Origin: Savitreella phatthalungensis
Lineage: Eukaryota
Direction: 5' to 3'
DNA length: 64,000 nucleotides
NCBI GenBank assembly: GCA_051599415.1
Contig: AP039693.1
Location: 434,001 to 498,000, forward strand
The position numbers and the translations under genes were made by a program. Of the stretch, positions 12,186 to 23,595 are shown piece after piece; position 1 is the stretch's first letter, and every line of letters begins with the position of its first letter. The notes under the pieces are model-generated. The model ran no database searches, was not told the origin of the DNA, and saw only the letters and a list, made by a program, of their open reading frames with translations.

Positions 12186-13613
12186 TTATCGTCGTTTGTA
12201 CAAGCATGGCTTCAGTATCGCTGCAGCATCATCGCTGCGTATCTTGTCATCCTTCTTACCAGACTCGCCAATTTTGATGAAGTCAAAGCGCACAAACATC
12301 TTGTTGCTCGCGTCTCGTTTCCGCAAGACCAACCCATTCCGTTCTAACTCCCTGACAAAAGCCTTCTCCCCGTCTCCCATGGCATCTCCGTCCTTGCCTT
12401 CGACCCCACCTTCAGCATCGAATTCTCCACCATCCTGCTTGTCATCGCGACCAGTCTTCTTTGTCGTCCCGCTACCACGGTCGAATCGCGATTTGATCTC
12501 TGCCACCCAGAAGACGCCGCCTTTCGCGAGTACTCTGGCGACGTGACTTACAACGGACGGCCAATCGGTGCCCATCAGCGCCAGGCAAGCGACTGCGATA
12601 TCCACACTACTGTTCTCGAGCGGTAATCCAGCGGCAACGTCGCATACGGTCACGTCAGATGCTTCATTCCGAGATGCCAGGTCGAACGATTTGACCACAA
12701 CCCGAGCCCCCTCACCGTCCAGCGCTCTGGCGTGAGCCCCAAGCGCAGCCTCACCGCACCCAATATCCGCCACGACGTATGGTTGCCCCGGTGGCTTCGA
12801 TTTGATGTTAGGTAGAGCGTTTGCGAGGTCGATGTTCTCGTTGGTTTTAGAGGACCGCTTTCCTTTCTTGGACCACGACGACGTCAGGAGGGCCGATACA
12901 CGCGTCTTGTACAGATCCAGTGGATTCTCAGGCCACCCGAGCACTTGCTCTCTGAATCCCTTGTGGTACGCATCGAATACCTCAGGCCGGTCCCTCACGA
13001 GCGCAAGCGCCTCAGACCCACGCGTCGTGTACAGCTGCTCGTTGATCCAGCGGAAGTGAGCACCACTCAACCGAGACACCATCTTCCGCTGCATCGGCGT
13101 CAACTTCTCATCAGGAATGGATAGCAGAGAATCCGGCACTCCAGCAGATACTGGCGGCACGGCCGGTGACGGTGATTGACGAGCGCCATGCTTCTGCTGC
13201 GCCTTGCTCGGCTGTGTAGCGGACTGCTTCGACTTTTCGGACTTATTGAATTGCTGCTGTTGCGTAGGTTGACTATCAGGCCGCTTGTGTTCAAACGCGG
13301 TGGTCCACTTCCGCTCTCGCTTTTCAGAGCTGGCGTCCCGTTGTGGCTTTGGTCTGGAAGATGGCTTTGGTGGGGAAGACGACTGTTGTTTGGCGTCTCG
13401 CACAGGACGCTCATCACGCTTGCGCTTTTTGCTCGGGACGCCTTCCAATACAGGTGTCGTGCCTGTGAAGGCTCCCACAGAGTCGCCCTTCTTTGCGGTC
13501 GCATAAGGATTCTGTTGCACTGCAGCTGTCCCTTTCGCAGGCTTTCCGCCGCCTTCGCCACTGCCTCCTTGCTTGACACGTGAGGGTAAGTTCCAGCCTT
13601 CTACCTTGAACAT
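12186..13613 (-). CDS. RRP8: 25S rRNA (adenine-N1) methyltransferase
   Basis: MFKVEGW start, LSGAHFRWINEQLYT, YHKGFREQVLGWPENP, VADIGCGEA, AEIKSRF, and LKPCLYKRR end. Confidence 0.95.
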   Translation of the reverse strand: MFKVEGWNLPSRVKQGGSGEGGGKPAKGTAAVQQNPYATAKKGDSVGAFTGTTPVLEGVPSKKRKRDERPVRDAKQQSSSPPKPSSRPKPQRDASSEKRERKWTTAFEHKRPDSQPTQQQQFNKSEKSKQSATQPSKAQQKHGARQSPSPAVPPVSAGVPDSLLSIPDEKLTPMQRKMVSRLSGAHFRWINEQLYTTRGSEALALVRDRPEVFDAYHKGFREQVLGWPENPLDLYKTRVSALLTSSWSKKGKRSSKTNENIDLANALPNIKSKPPGQPYVVADIGCGEAALGAHARALDGEGARVVVKSFDLASRNEASDVTVCDVAAGLPLENSSVDIAVACLALMGTDWPSVVSHVARVLAKGGVFWVAEIKSRFDRGSGTTKKTGRDDKQDGGEFDAEGGVEGKDGDAMGDGEKAFVRELERNGLVLRKRDASNKMFVRFDFIKIGESGKKDDKIRSDDAAAILKPCLYKRR

Positions 13614-13922
13614 ATTCCCCTTCTCCTAGGGACCCCAACTCAAGAAAGAACGTCCTCTTGACCGCGAAGAGTGACAGGGTAGAGATGGTGCCTGCATTCG
13701 ATCACATGCGTCATACACGTGATCCATGATTCTCTGACCTGACACAGCTTCAGCCTCATTTGTGGCTTGTACCATTAATGTAAACAAAACACAAACGACA
13801 ACAAGTAACGGCTATCAAGCACTTCGAACGCGCCCGTCACAAGCACTGCAGAGCATATAGCTAGAAGCCTGTCTCTCACTGATCGGCACTTCAACTCACC
13901 GAGGCCCCTCACGCAGTCTAAT

Positions 13923-15467
13923 ATGTCGCTGATCCAGAGGTGGAAGAGAATTGTCGCTGCTCCCAGCGCTGCTGCTTTTACCAATGACGCCGAGCTCGTT
14001 TACGTGACATCCGCTCACCGCATCGCCGCACCACAGCGCATTGCACAGCAGCTGCAAGCCAATCATAAAGGACTCGCATCATGCAAGGACAAAGACGTTT
14101 TCATTCACGAGACTGATAGCACTCTCGTCCTTGAGCAGACCGTATCATTCAACCTCGACTTTGACAACAGCGCAGACAACTTCTTCATGCCCGGACAAGA
14201 CGACAGTCTGTTCTCTGGCAAGCCAGTCCAGCTCGTCATGATCTATTCTGTCGTCTTCTCCGGCGAGCAAGTCAAGCACGTCCGCGTCTTCTGGGACCAG
14301 GCAACAGTCCTGAAACAGCTCGGAGTCATCGGTATTCGTGGTCGTGGCTGGCCAGTGTATGACGGTTCGGACCAGTGCCGAGTGCTCGAGGTTGGCGCTG
14401 GCAGTGCCAAAGCGTCCGCTGCAACAGCACCTGTGACAGCCGATCGTCCCCTGACAGCTACCAAGGATCCTCATGCAACCCTTCGCCTCTTCGAAACTGT
14501 ACAGGAACCCAAACGCCAAACGTATGAGGCCATTGAGACACGTGACTCATGCAAACCCACAAACCGTGACTATGGCGAGCTCTTTGTCAATGCAGACAGC
14601 GCTCGACCGGACGACGCTGTAACTCGTTCCGGTAGAGGTGCGCTTCGCCAGGCATCGCTGAACCCGACAAGCCTGCCAGAGGAGGCGGAAGCTCCTCGGA
14701 AGGCTATCGCTCCTTCCGCTGGCAGACTTGCCCGCGACTCGCACTTCGAGCTGAACGGCGACGAATCCCAATACAACAACAAGGAGAATATGCACTCAAA
14801 GGCTGGCGTAATTGATCACAACGCAATGTCCTCATGGGACACGCCGGAGCACAAGCAGCAGTACAAGGCTCGACCGGATCTACAGTCTCACTTCGGTCCT
14901 CAGGACGGCAATGTCGATGCAGATGAGGAGACTGCTTCAAGAGCCGCACAGCGCGGTGCTCTCCATGGACGCGACTACAACATGGCTCGGCGAGGCCCAC
15001 CGTCCGCGTCGTTTGATGCTTTTAGTTCAGGCGAGTCTGAGCCTGCAGGCAACATCCACAACAGGGAGTACAACATGGCTCGTCGTCCGCCACCGCAAGC
15101 TCAATTCAGCGCATTTGAGGAAGAGCAGGCCCCTGTCGGTGGCAATGTCCACGGGCGTGAGTTCAACATGGGTCGTCGCGCGCCTCCGTCGGCACAATAT
15201 GACTTCACCACAGCCAGTGAGCTCGACAGACCGATTCGAGCCTCTCAGCAGCAGGAGCATGAGCACAAGCAAGCTCCAGCGCCACAGGAGGAGAACATCC
15301 ACGGTCGCGAGTTCAACATGGCCAGACGTCCACCACCACAGGCGCAGTTCGACTTTGTTTTTGACGAGGCAGACAACACAGCACGATCCAAGGACAACAT
15401 TCACGGAATGGAATTCAACCGTGCTCGCCGTGGCCCCCCTGCGCCGCAGCAGTCGTTGTGGGCTTAG
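13923..15467 (+). CDS. Hypothetical protein with NTF2/SnoaL-like N-terminal domain and C-terminal peptide repeats
   Basis: 514-aa ORF. VKHVRVFWDQATVLKQLG is typical of fungal NTF2-like proteins; a low-complexity tail carries five repeats. Confidence 0.7.
   Translation: MSLIQRWKRIVAAPSAAAFTNDAELVYVTSAHRIAAPQRIAQQLQANHKGLASCKDKDVFIHETDSTLVLEQTVSFNLDFDNSADNFFMPGQDDSLFSGKPVQLVMIYSVVFSGEQVKHVRVFWDQATVLKQLGVIGIRGRGWPVYDGSDQCRVLEVGAGSAKASAATAPVTADRPLTATKDPHATLRLFETVQEPKRQTYEAIETRDSCKPTNRDYGELFVNADSARPDDAVTRSGRGALRQASLNPTSLPEEAEAPRKAIAPSAGRLARDSHFELNGDESQYNNKENMHSKAGVIDHNAMSSWDTPEHKQQYKARPDLQSHFGPQDGNVDADEETASRAAQRGALHGRDYNMARRGPPSASFDAFSSGESEPAGNIHNREYNMARRPPPQAQFSAFEEEQAPVGGNVHGREFNMGRRAPPSAQYDFTTASELDRPIRASQQQEHEHKQAPAPQEENIHGREFNMARRPPPQAQFDFVFDEADNTARSKDNIHGMEFNRARRGPPAPQQSLWA
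14961..15440 (+). repeat. Five coding repeats of about 19 aa, consensus N-I-H-G-R-E-F-N-M-A-R-R-P-P-P-x-A-Q-F
   Basis: Copies start at about 14961, 15051, 15144, 15294 and 15396. Confidence 0.9.
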
Positions 15468-15602
15468 ACCACATTGCTCACAAACCCAATCGCTCCTGGT
15501 CTCAGTCAACGAGCTGGATACCGGTCTCCTGTCTTCTTCTCTCTTATGCATCTCTTATGCTTTTCAATGGATCATTATACAAACGGTGTTGTTGTAGCGT
15601 GG

Positions 15603-16388
15603 TCATGATGCGGTGATGCCCTGTGGTGTGGCTTGCCTTGCAGCTCTCCAACGGGCAACGTATTCGCGCATTCGCTTCTCTGCGGCAATCCTCGCACTGT
15701 TGCCTGACGTCCTGACATTTCCAGGAATAAGTGATCTGCCCGATCGAATCCATACAACAACACCGATCTTGCCATTGCGATTCTTGAACTCGCATCTGGC
15801 AGCCTCGACAGGAGACGTATGTGAAGCAAAGCCAAGCTTGCCCTTCTGTCGCGACACCACAGACTTTCTGCCAGCACCTTTTCGTCTACCCAGACGACCA
15901 GACACCTGTAATTTAAGTCCATCGACCGCCGCGCCAAGCGGCGTGCTCTTGATGAATCGCTGTGTGAGTGCTGTGAATGAGCGCTTCTTGCTCATGAGAG
16001 CGAGGTACTGTGCTGCGATTTCTGCATTCAGGTACGGTGCAGAGAGTGGCTGGACATCTAGCTCAATCTTTGTACCCTTGCCATACACCTTCTCGAGCAC
16101 TTTCGACTTCAGCCCATCGAGCGCGTATGAATTCGATGGCACACGCACCACTGACGGCTTGCACTCCTTTGACTCGTGGATGTACATCCTCAATCGCACG
16201 CGCCCAGGAGCACGCTCGACCTGTGGTGTAGAGCACAGATAGTGTTGAAAGTAGTGTTTCAGTAGCTTTCGAGCCTCAGCATCACGCTGCGTCACTGCAT
16301 TGTAATCTCGTCCTGTAAAGCTGAAAGTCGGCGTCCATCGTGAGGGTTTCAGAGCGATAGCCTGAATTGGCTTCGCTGTGAATGACAT
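15603..16388 (-). CDS. rps3: Mitochondrial ribosomal protein uS3m (rps3/Var1/S5 type), nuclear encoded
   Basis: KIELDVQPLSAPYLNAEIAAQYL, GLKLQVSGRL and NRNGKIGVVVWI match fungal mt-rps3 and the S3 C-terminal motifs. The protein is very basic. Confidence 0.8.
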   Translation of the reverse strand: MSFTAKPIQAIALKPSRWTPTFSFTGRDYNAVTQRDAEARKLLKHYFQHYLCSTPQVERAPGRVRLRMYIHESKECKPSVVRVPSNSYALDGLKSKVLEKVYGKGTKIELDVQPLSAPYLNAEIAAQYLALMSKKRSFTALTQRFIKSTPLGAAVDGLKLQVSGRLGRRKGAGRKSVVSRQKGKLGFASHTSPVEAARCEFKNRNGKIGVVVWIRSGRSLIPGNVRTSGNSARIAAEKRMREYVARWRAARQATPQGITAS

Positions 16389-16811
16389 TGACGTAGATCC
16401 TGTAGAATCCCTCTATCGAACAAGCTACGCTTCGACGTATGTCGTGAGTACTGGACTTTGGAGTAATCTCTGTCTTGACTTGTTGCTTGAAGGACTGTGG
16501 AAGCGCTGCATCTTTTTTCACCAAAGTCACGTGTATGTGAAGCTGCAGTTCAAGACTCAACACTCGAAGGACTTTAGTCGAAGATGCACAAAAGGATACA
16601 CTTCAAGGACATCATCATCATCATTCCCCTGACAACGTTGAAAGTCAAGTCACTACCAAAGTCACTGTGCCGTCAAGTGAGGTGTTTACACAGCCGTGCT
16701 TAATCCTCTATCGCTGGCTATCTATTCATATTGCTTCCTTTGCTGCTGCAATCAAACATGACCTCGAACTGCATGCTCATCTACTAGACCTATCTATATT
16801 CCTCTGAAGAT

Positions 16812-18524
16812 ATGTCACACTACGGCGGGAGCTTCGGGCATGCTACGCTGCCAACCAATGGTGAACCATATCCACTGCTCATGCCATTGCTCAGAGATCC
16901 ATTTTCACTCGCCGAACGCGTCTCATTTGAGTACTTCCAGCATTGGTTATTGTCACAGGCTCCGCAGACGCCCTTACCACCACCAGACGGGCTGAAAGAG
17001 CGATACGCCCACTATTTGACTGACCTGACGTGTAGGACAGCACGTGCATATGTCGCTACGCACTCAAGTGAGGCCTGGTTTGCAGACCTGTACTCGCCGC
17101 AGCCGGAGAGTCGTCCGAGCGAGAAGCTCGTGAGAGAATCCGCAAGCGTGCTTGATCTTCAGAGCTTCGGGTCAGACTGGTCACCATATGCTAGTCAAGG
17201 TCAAGCGGGCTTCCCGATGGACGAACCGCTTCCCGAGCCGACTTTCCCGCAAGTCACAGAAGCAAATCGCCACATCGTTCTCGTTCGCAACGTCCCGGCG
17301 CTTGTGACGACGCAAGAACTCAGAAAGTTCATTGAGGAAAACGCTGTGGACGTTGATCACCTCTCTCTATCGTCAACACGTTCCAGAGACGGTCTCAGAT
17401 ACGGCATGCTGCGAATAGGACCAGACTCGAGCATCGATTCGGCAATTGCAGCCGTCAGCAATCAAGCGTTCAACAGCGAGCGAGCTGGACAAATCTCATT
17501 AATAGCTACCAAATGGCATGGCACTTTCCACGACAAACCTATCATCCTGTTTCCCCAGCTGGATGACGACAAGGTCGTCAACGAATTGTGGCAGCGGTGT
17601 AAAAAGATCATTGATGACTGGCGGACACGCGACAGCACCGATGGTCTCGATCTCCAGCAGCATCTGAGCAAGTTCTTGGAGGGAGCATCTTCACTCGAGA
17701 GCAGCGGGAGCTCAAATCGCTATCTACTTGACATCACCATCGAGTTCATGCGTCATGCATATTTCTTCGACTTCTGGACAATGCGTAGATACGCGAGTCT
17801 GGAAGATGTCCTATTGCATGCGCCGTCATACAAGCGATCTATGGTGCCACCAGACAGTCCTGCTGCAGCCGCAGTCCTCGAGCGATACACTGCCTGGCGG
17901 CGCAAGTTTGATGCTGCTTGGACCGCTTACAGCTCTCCGGAAGATGGTCTCGCAGCGTACTCACGTGTCATGGGCCGGATCGAACCTGCTCCGGAACACC
18001 TGCCTGCACTGCTCAGGAAAGTTGAAGAGAAGGAGGACCGAGGCTGGCGTTGTCTCGTGCCGCAGGAACCTGTCTGTCGCAAGCTTTTCCAATCGCAAGG
18101 CTTCCTGGACAAGCACATCGCAAAACGACACGGAGGTTGGCTCGCAGAGCGCGTACTCGCCGCCATGTTGGCAAACTACCTGCTAGACCAAGATCGTCCG
18201 CCGAGCTATGCGATATTCAACGAACCTCCCTTACCACCGCTGCCGCCGCCTGGAATGGCCCTGATCGAGGCGCCTGTTCCGCAGCTTCCTTTTCCACCAG
18301 TTCCTATTCAGCCGCATCACATCGCCGCTGCCAAAAACATGTACACTTCACCTTCACCTCGGAACGGCAGGCCAGGTCAAGGTAACAACCGGCACAGATA
18401 CGGCCCTTACGACCGGCACGGTCATGGTCATGGTCATGGCGGTAGAAGGGGAGCACCCGGGGCAAAGGACTATCGAGACCTCGATGCTTCCGGTCCGGAC
18501 AGCACGCCTGAGCTCAATTACTAG
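16812..18524 (+). CDS. SERRATE/ARS2 (Pir2) homolog, nuclear cap-binding complex effector
   Basis: RRM-like segment (IVLVRNVP), C2H2 finger WRC..CRKLF..FLDKHIAKRH, and C-terminal YRDLDA..ELNY motif. Confidence 0.8.
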   Translation: MSHYGGSFGHATLPTNGEPYPLLMPLLRDPFSLAERVSFEYFQHWLLSQAPQTPLPPPDGLKERYAHYLTDLTCRTARAYVATHSSEAWFADLYSPQPESRPSEKLVRESASVLDLQSFGSDWSPYASQGQAGFPMDEPLPEPTFPQVTEANRHIVLVRNVPALVTTQELRKFIEENAVDVDHLSLSSTRSRDGLRYGMLRIGPDSSIDSAIAAVSNQAFNSERAGQISLIATKWHGTFHDKPIILFPQLDDDKVVNELWQRCKKIIDDWRTRDSTDGLDLQQHLSKFLEGASSLESSGSSNRYLLDITIEFMRHAYFFDFWTMRRYASLEDVLLHAPSYKRSMVPPDSPAAAAVLERYTAWRRKFDAAWTAYSSPEDGLAAYSRVMGRIEPAPEHLPALLRKVEEKEDRGWRCLVPQEPVCRKLFQSQGFLDKHIAKRHGGWLAERVLAAMLANYLLDQDRPPSYAIFNEPPLPPLPPPGMALIEAPVPQLPFPPVPIQPHHIAAAKNMYTSPSPRNGRPGQGNNRHRYGPYDRHGHGHGHGGRRGAPGAKDYRDLDASGPDSTPELNY

Positions 18525-18698
18525 GTTCTAAATTCTATAGCATGGCATGGCACGGCACGGCATGGCAATTTGTAGCATTACTTTCCCTCGACCTACGTAA
18601 TTTATGATCCGACTTCCAACGCGTCAACCACAACAATCGACCATATCTTCCAAGACGCAATCATCCAACCGTTTCCCTGAGCAGTGTCTCATCCAGTC

Positions 18699-19526
18699 AT
18701 GAGTCACGCTGGATACGACAGAGTGATTGACAGTGACGTCGACACTGTGTCTCCTCCCAAGTCAGTTCCCCCGCCACGCACACCAGCTTCCATCTCCAAC
18801 ACCACCCCAGCCGCCGACTTGTCATTCCACCAGTTCCACGCCACCGCTGACACGCATCCTACCCACCAAACTACGTCAGAGCCTCACACTCGTCCGATCT
18901 TCGACATCACAACAGAGACTCTCCTCTCGAAACTACACGCTGCGGTGAACCCATTCAGCCGGACGGCACTCGCGCCTGCGGAGGACGGGTACGGTGATGT
19001 GTACTGGGTTGTGTGGGGGAGCTTGAGCTTGTGTGGGTGTGTTTATGGGTCGAGTACGATGGCTGGTGGGATGGGTGCTTGGCAGACGCTGACGACCGCG
19101 CTCGTCCTCATCCTCTCGTACACCACAGCACTCCCACTCATCCTCAAACTCACCACCACCATCACACTCACACAAGCCTTCACACCAGTAGCCTACGCGA
19201 ACACGCCATATATCCCAGCACTCGCAATCGCAGCGCTCCCGATCGATATGGTAGCAGGTAACACGGCAGGCGCTGTTGTCAGGACTGTGGTGATCGGGGT
19301 AGCAGCGGCGGTAGGGGTGTTGACGTGTACTGTGCCGGTGGTCGGGAGGAAGTTGGTGGGGAAGGATCTTGACTGGTTGATTGAGAGGCTGCCAGGGGGA
19401 GCGAGTGTCGAAGGCGGTGGGGTCGATATCGATGGGACAGAGAAACGGAAAGGGAGAGTGATACTGCTGGCGCTGATTGTGTGTCAGCTCGCTTACGGCG
19501 CAGCCATAAGGCTTCTGTTCTACTGA
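18699..19526 (+). CDS. Yip1-domain Golgi membrane protein (YIP5/YIPF1-like), divergent
   Basis: MSHAGYDRVIDSD start, FDITT and DVYWVVW (compare DLYGPFW), and about five hydrophobic helices. Confidence 0.6.
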   Translation: MSHAGYDRVIDSDVDTVSPPKSVPPPRTPASISNTTPAADLSFHQFHATADTHPTHQTTSEPHTRPIFDITTETLLSKLHAAVNPFSRTALAPAEDGYGDVYWVVWGSLSLCGCVYGSSTMAGGMGAWQTLTTALVLILSYTTALPLILKLTTTITLTQAFTPVAYANTPYIPALAIAALPIDMVAGNTAGAVVRTVVIGVAAAVGVLTCTVPVVGRKLVGKDLDWLIERLPGGASVEGGGVDIDGTEKRKGRVILLALIVCQLAYGAAIRLLFY

Positions 19527-19645
19527 TGAAGAAAGACAACGACAGGCTCCAGGAGAGGTTTGCAATGCATTTGAGGATATGAAGGGGTTTGGGTGGTAGA
19601 GTAATTGGGTGTGCGAGTGTATGTATGTACAGTGGTCGAGTCGCC

Positions 19646-22600
19646 TTATTTGAGTTCCTTGTCTCGCTCATCGGCCTTGGCAAGGTCGGTGGCCCAGCGA
19701 GTGGCTGCGCGATGCTTGTCGATGGTCAGTGCGAAGATGCGTTCGTAGACGTCCGCATACCATGCTACAGGTACGCCTTCTAGACCCTCCTTGACGTTGT
19801 CCTCGAGCTCTTGCCAGTCGGCCGTGTTAGCCTCCGGGAACAAGATCGTCTTGACACCGGAACGCTTTGCAGCTACTGCCTTTTCTTTCAAGCCGCCAAT
19901 ACGAAGTACCTTGCCGGTCAGCGTTAGCTCGCCCGTCATGGCGACTGTCGGGTCGATTGGGTGATCGAGTGCGAGTGAGAGGAGGGCCGTGGCCATGGTG
20001 ATGCCTGCAGAGGGTCCGTCTTTGCCGACGGCGCCCTCTGGGCAGTGCAGGTGGATTTGAGCGCGCTCGAAGAATCGATTCTCTTCGAACTCACGAGCGA
20101 CGAATCCTTTGGCGAACGAGTATGCAATCGTCGATGACTCCTTCATGACGTCTCCGAGCTTGCCGGTCTGCTTGAAGGATGGCTGTCGTGATCGTGCGAG
20201 AGTAGACTCCAAGATCGACTCGATGTACAGCGCAGAGCCGCCCATGGACGTCCATGCTAGACCCATGACGGTACCAGGCGGGGTAACATCGTACAGGCGG
20301 TCGCTCAGGAAAATCGGCGAACCGACGTAGTCCTTCAGATTTTCCGGGTTGACGTCGACCTTGATGTGGTCTGGCACCTTGAGCTGCTTGCGAGGCTGCT
20401 CCGACGTCCCTGGTGCGGGCTCGTTCTCAGAGATCTTCTGACCGGGCGTTTCTTGGTTAGCCTCCTCGCGAACGGCGTCCCGCTTCGCTGTCTCTGCGGA
20501 CTCTGCTGCAGCCTTGCCCTCAGGAGTGATGCCAGCACTTTCCGGAAGGCCTTCTTCGCCAAGCTGCTTGACGATGTTGAAAGAAGCCTTGCGGAAGATC
20601 TTGTCGATTTGTTTCTTCAGATTGCGGACACCGGCCTCACGGCAGTACTCCTTGATGAGTTTTTCGATAGCATCGTCAGTGATGTCGACTTGCGCCTCTT
20701 TCAAACCTGCATTTTCCTTTGCGGTGGGAGCAAGGTACTGCTTTGCGATTGCCTTCTTCTCGTCAGCAATGTAGCCAGACAGCTGAATCACCTCCATGCG
20801 GTCGAGCAAGGGGCCCGGAATTGTGTCGAGCTGGTTCGCTGTGCACACGAACAAGACCTTCGACAGGTCAACTGGAAGGTCAAGATAGTGGTCTAGGAAT
20901 GAGGAGTTCTGCTCAGGATCGAGTAGCTCGAGCAATGCAGATGACGGGTCACCATTGTATCCACGTCCGACCTTGTCGATCTCGTCGATGAGAATCAAAG
21001 GATTTTCGGTCTGGACCTTCTTGAGAGACTGGATGACCTTGCCAGGCATGGCGCCCACGTATGTGCGTCGGTGTCCCTTGATCTCAGCCACATCTGTGAG
21101 ACCACCGACGGAGAAGCGGTAGAATTGCCGGCTGAGTGCTCTGGCAATTGACTTGCCGATCGACGTCTTTCCGACACCAGGAGGCCCAACAAAGCAGATG
21201 ATCTTGCCCTCGACTGTGCCGCGTAGCTTGCCGACGGCAATAAATTCGAGGATCCGATCTTTGATGTCTTTCAGACCGTAGTGATCCTCGTCAAGCACCT
21301 TTATGGCGTGCTGGATGTCAAAGTTCTCAGTAGAGCGCTGGCCCCATGGGATTGAAGTCAGCCAGTCGAGGTAATTGCGAGAGACGCTAAACTCTGAAGA
21401 CACGGGTTCGAGCGTTTGGAGTTTGGCAAGCTCCTCGTCAAAGACCGGACGAATGTGCTCTGGCATGGCCAGCTTTGTCGCGCGTTCCCGGAATTTTTCG
21501 ACGAGTTTATCCTTGCCGTCCGATTCGATGCCAAGTTCGCGCTTAATGCCTTTGAGTTGCTCGAGCAGGTAAAACTCACGCTGGCGCTTCTGAATCGAGC
21601 CTTCGACGTCCTTGGCAATCTTGCTCTGGAGCTGTGCGTTGAGTAGCTCTTTCTTAAGGATGACAAGTGACATGTGGATACGCTTCTCGATGTCGAGACA
21701 CTCCAGAATGTCCTGGAGCTCGGCTGTCTCACCTGCAGAGACGGCTGCAGCAAAGTCGGCTAGTCTTGCTGGCTCCTCAAACATGCTGCCAGCGCTCTGT
21801 GTCATGCTGAAGTTGGCGATCTGGTCGCGGAAGATCGGGTTCATGGTAGCGATGTCTTTGAAGGTGTTAACGATCTCAGCGGTGACTGCCTTGATCTGGT
21901 CAGCATTGCGGTCGTACGGCAGATCGTCCAAGTTCTCGACGGATGTTACAGAGACATCGTAGCCACGAAGAAATTGTGTCACGTGTAATGGAGCCTGTGC
22001 GGCGCCCTCGAGGAACTCAGGTGCTGCGTCTAGAGGAACGACGTCTCCAGACGAGTTCGGATTGGCATCCTCAGTCACAAGAGGTACTTTGCTCTTGTCC
22101 TTGGATTCTGACTCATTGGATGATGCAGACTCAGGCTCGACCTTGGCTTGCGAAGCGGCGCCCTTGTTGTGCACGATGGAGGTGGCGCGAATGCGTCTGT
22201 GTGGGAACAGCACGCAGGTCAGGGATTCATCCTCGCCATTGTTCCCTTTCGCACCGAAGATGGAAGTGATTTGTGCAAAGACACCTGTTGGGTAGACCTT
22301 GTCCATATCTGTGATTGTGTCGACGTCTGCCTTGTCATCCTTCAGGAGGAATGCACCGATGTAAGGCTGACCTCGACGGACGGCCTCCTTGATAGCATCG
22401 ATGACCGCTGGCTCCTTGACGACGACGGCCTTGTAGAATCCTGGGAAGAGTGGCCTTCTGACAATGGGCAAGGCTAGGACTTCTGGATAGACTTCTGGCA
22501 CCTGGAGCCTCGCCACTGCTTTGGGAACTCCATCGCCTGCACCATTCGAGGTACCACTGCCACTGCCATTGCCGACACCTGACTTTCCGGATGCTTTGGG

Positions 22601-22819
22601 GGAGCCATTGGCAGCTCTTGTAACTACCTCTGCAAGCTCTTCCGGCGGTGTTTTCTTCCGCTTTTTGTCGTCTGCGTCATCGTCTTTCCGACGTACGGTT
22701 GAAGGACGGAATGCGCCATGCAGAAGTCTGAGGTGTTGTGTGGGTCGAGGAGAAAGGAGCTTGAAGTTCCTGCCGGCTAGTCGGAGGGACGCGGAAGCCG
22801 ACAGCCTGGCGCGTAGCAT
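19646..22819 (-). CDS. PIM1: Mitochondrial Lon protease
   Basis: Presequence, GPPGVGKTS Walker A, LIDEIDK, KDGPSAG catalytic Ser and GGLKEK. Confidence 0.98.
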   Translation of the reverse strand: MLRARLSASASLRLAGRNFKLLSPRPTQHLRLLHGAFRPSTVRRKDDDADDKKRKKTPPEELAEVVTRAANGSPKASGKSGVGNGSGSGTSNGAGDGVPKAVARLQVPEVYPEVLALPIVRRPLFPGFYKAVVVKEPAVIDAIKEAVRRGQPYIGAFLLKDDKADVDTITDMDKVYPTGVFAQITSIFGAKGNNGEDESLTCVLFPHRRIRATSIVHNKGAASQAKVEPESASSNESESKDKSKVPLVTEDANPNSSGDVVPLDAAPEFLEGAAQAPLHVTQFLRGYDVSVTSVENLDDLPYDRNADQIKAVTAEIVNTFKDIATMNPIFRDQIANFSMTQSAGSMFEEPARLADFAAAVSAGETAELQDILECLDIEKRIHMSLVILKKELLNAQLQSKIAKDVEGSIQKRQREFYLLEQLKGIKRELGIESDGKDKLVEKFRERATKLAMPEHIRPVFDEELAKLQTLEPVSSEFSVSRNYLDWLTSIPWGQRSTENFDIQHAIKVLDEDHYGLKDIKDRILEFIAVGKLRGTVEGKIICFVGPPGVGKTSIGKSIARALSRQFYRFSVGGLTDVAEIKGHRRTYVGAMPGKVIQSLKKVQTENPLILIDEIDKVGRGYNGDPSSALLELLDPEQNSSFLDHYLDLPVDLSKVLFVCTANQLDTIPGPLLDRMEVIQLSGYIADEKKAIAKQYLAPTAKENAGLKEAQVDITDDAIEKLIKEYCREAGVRNLKKQIDKIFRKASFNIVKQLGEEGLPESAGITPEGKAAAESAETAKRDAVREEANQETPGQKISENEPAPGTSEQPRKQLKVPDHIKVDVNPENLKDYVGSPIFLSDRLYDVTPPGTVMGLAWTSMGGSALYIESILESTLARSRQPSFKQTGKLGDVMKESSTIAYSFAKGFVAREFEENRFFERAQIHLHCPEGAVGKDGPSAGITMATALLSLALDHPIDPTVAMTGELTLTGKVLRIGGLKEKAVAAKRSGVKTILFPEANTADWQELEDNVKEGLEGVPVAWYADVYERIFALTIDKHRAATRWATDLAKADERDKELK

Positions 22820-23595
22820 TGCTCCCCTCTAAAAGATGAAACAAGTTGACGGAGTCTATAAGATGAGATGATGGATTTTGCTGATGTAGCTTGAGATGGG
22901 AGGAAGTTGAAGGGTTGTCGACGGTGACTGCCGTGACTGCCCTTATGCCTGACCCCCTGAACGAATGTCTCCTTGAGGTGTGTGATCACAGAGAGTTGTG
23001 AAGGAGAAGGTTTCGGAGGAGTGTGGGTACGTGTGTCTATTACGTATGCGCTGGATAACTTCAATCTCACCATGGGCACGTGTAAATTCAGCGCTGAACT
23101 GCATATGTGCATTTAGCTTCAGCCTGACCATAGATTGACAATCAATAGTAGTTCGATTTGAAATTTTACTATTTTAGACTTTAAATTTTAAGTTTGGATC
23201 TCAGCACACATTGCATGCATGACAATTGAGTAGTGCGTATTGCCTCTATCTAACTCTGAGAACGTCAAAGCTAAATTTGTGAATAAGATTTGTCATACGC
23301 ATATGTGCATGCATCTGATGAACTTAACTATACTCAATTATCCATATGTGGAAGGATGAGAACAACTGACACGTGATGTAGCAGTCAAGTCCCTGTATGA
23401 ACGGATATCCGTCCCAGTGGATGCGTGGATGCTCAGGCGGACAAATGGATGGAAGGATGGATGGCCAACCGAGTGCTCGCGGGTCTTTGTCTACTTACAG
23501 GTTTAGAGGGGTTGGAACCGAGGATGATTGCCCACACAGAAGTTCACTCGATCGTATGCAGTCTCGGTCCATCTTCGTCACGTGCTACTCCCTCA

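Noticed and set aside
15613..16242. 209-aa + strand ORF
   Set aside because: It is antisense to rps3 with no recognisable motifs. The many ORFs nested in other real genes were rejected for the same reason.
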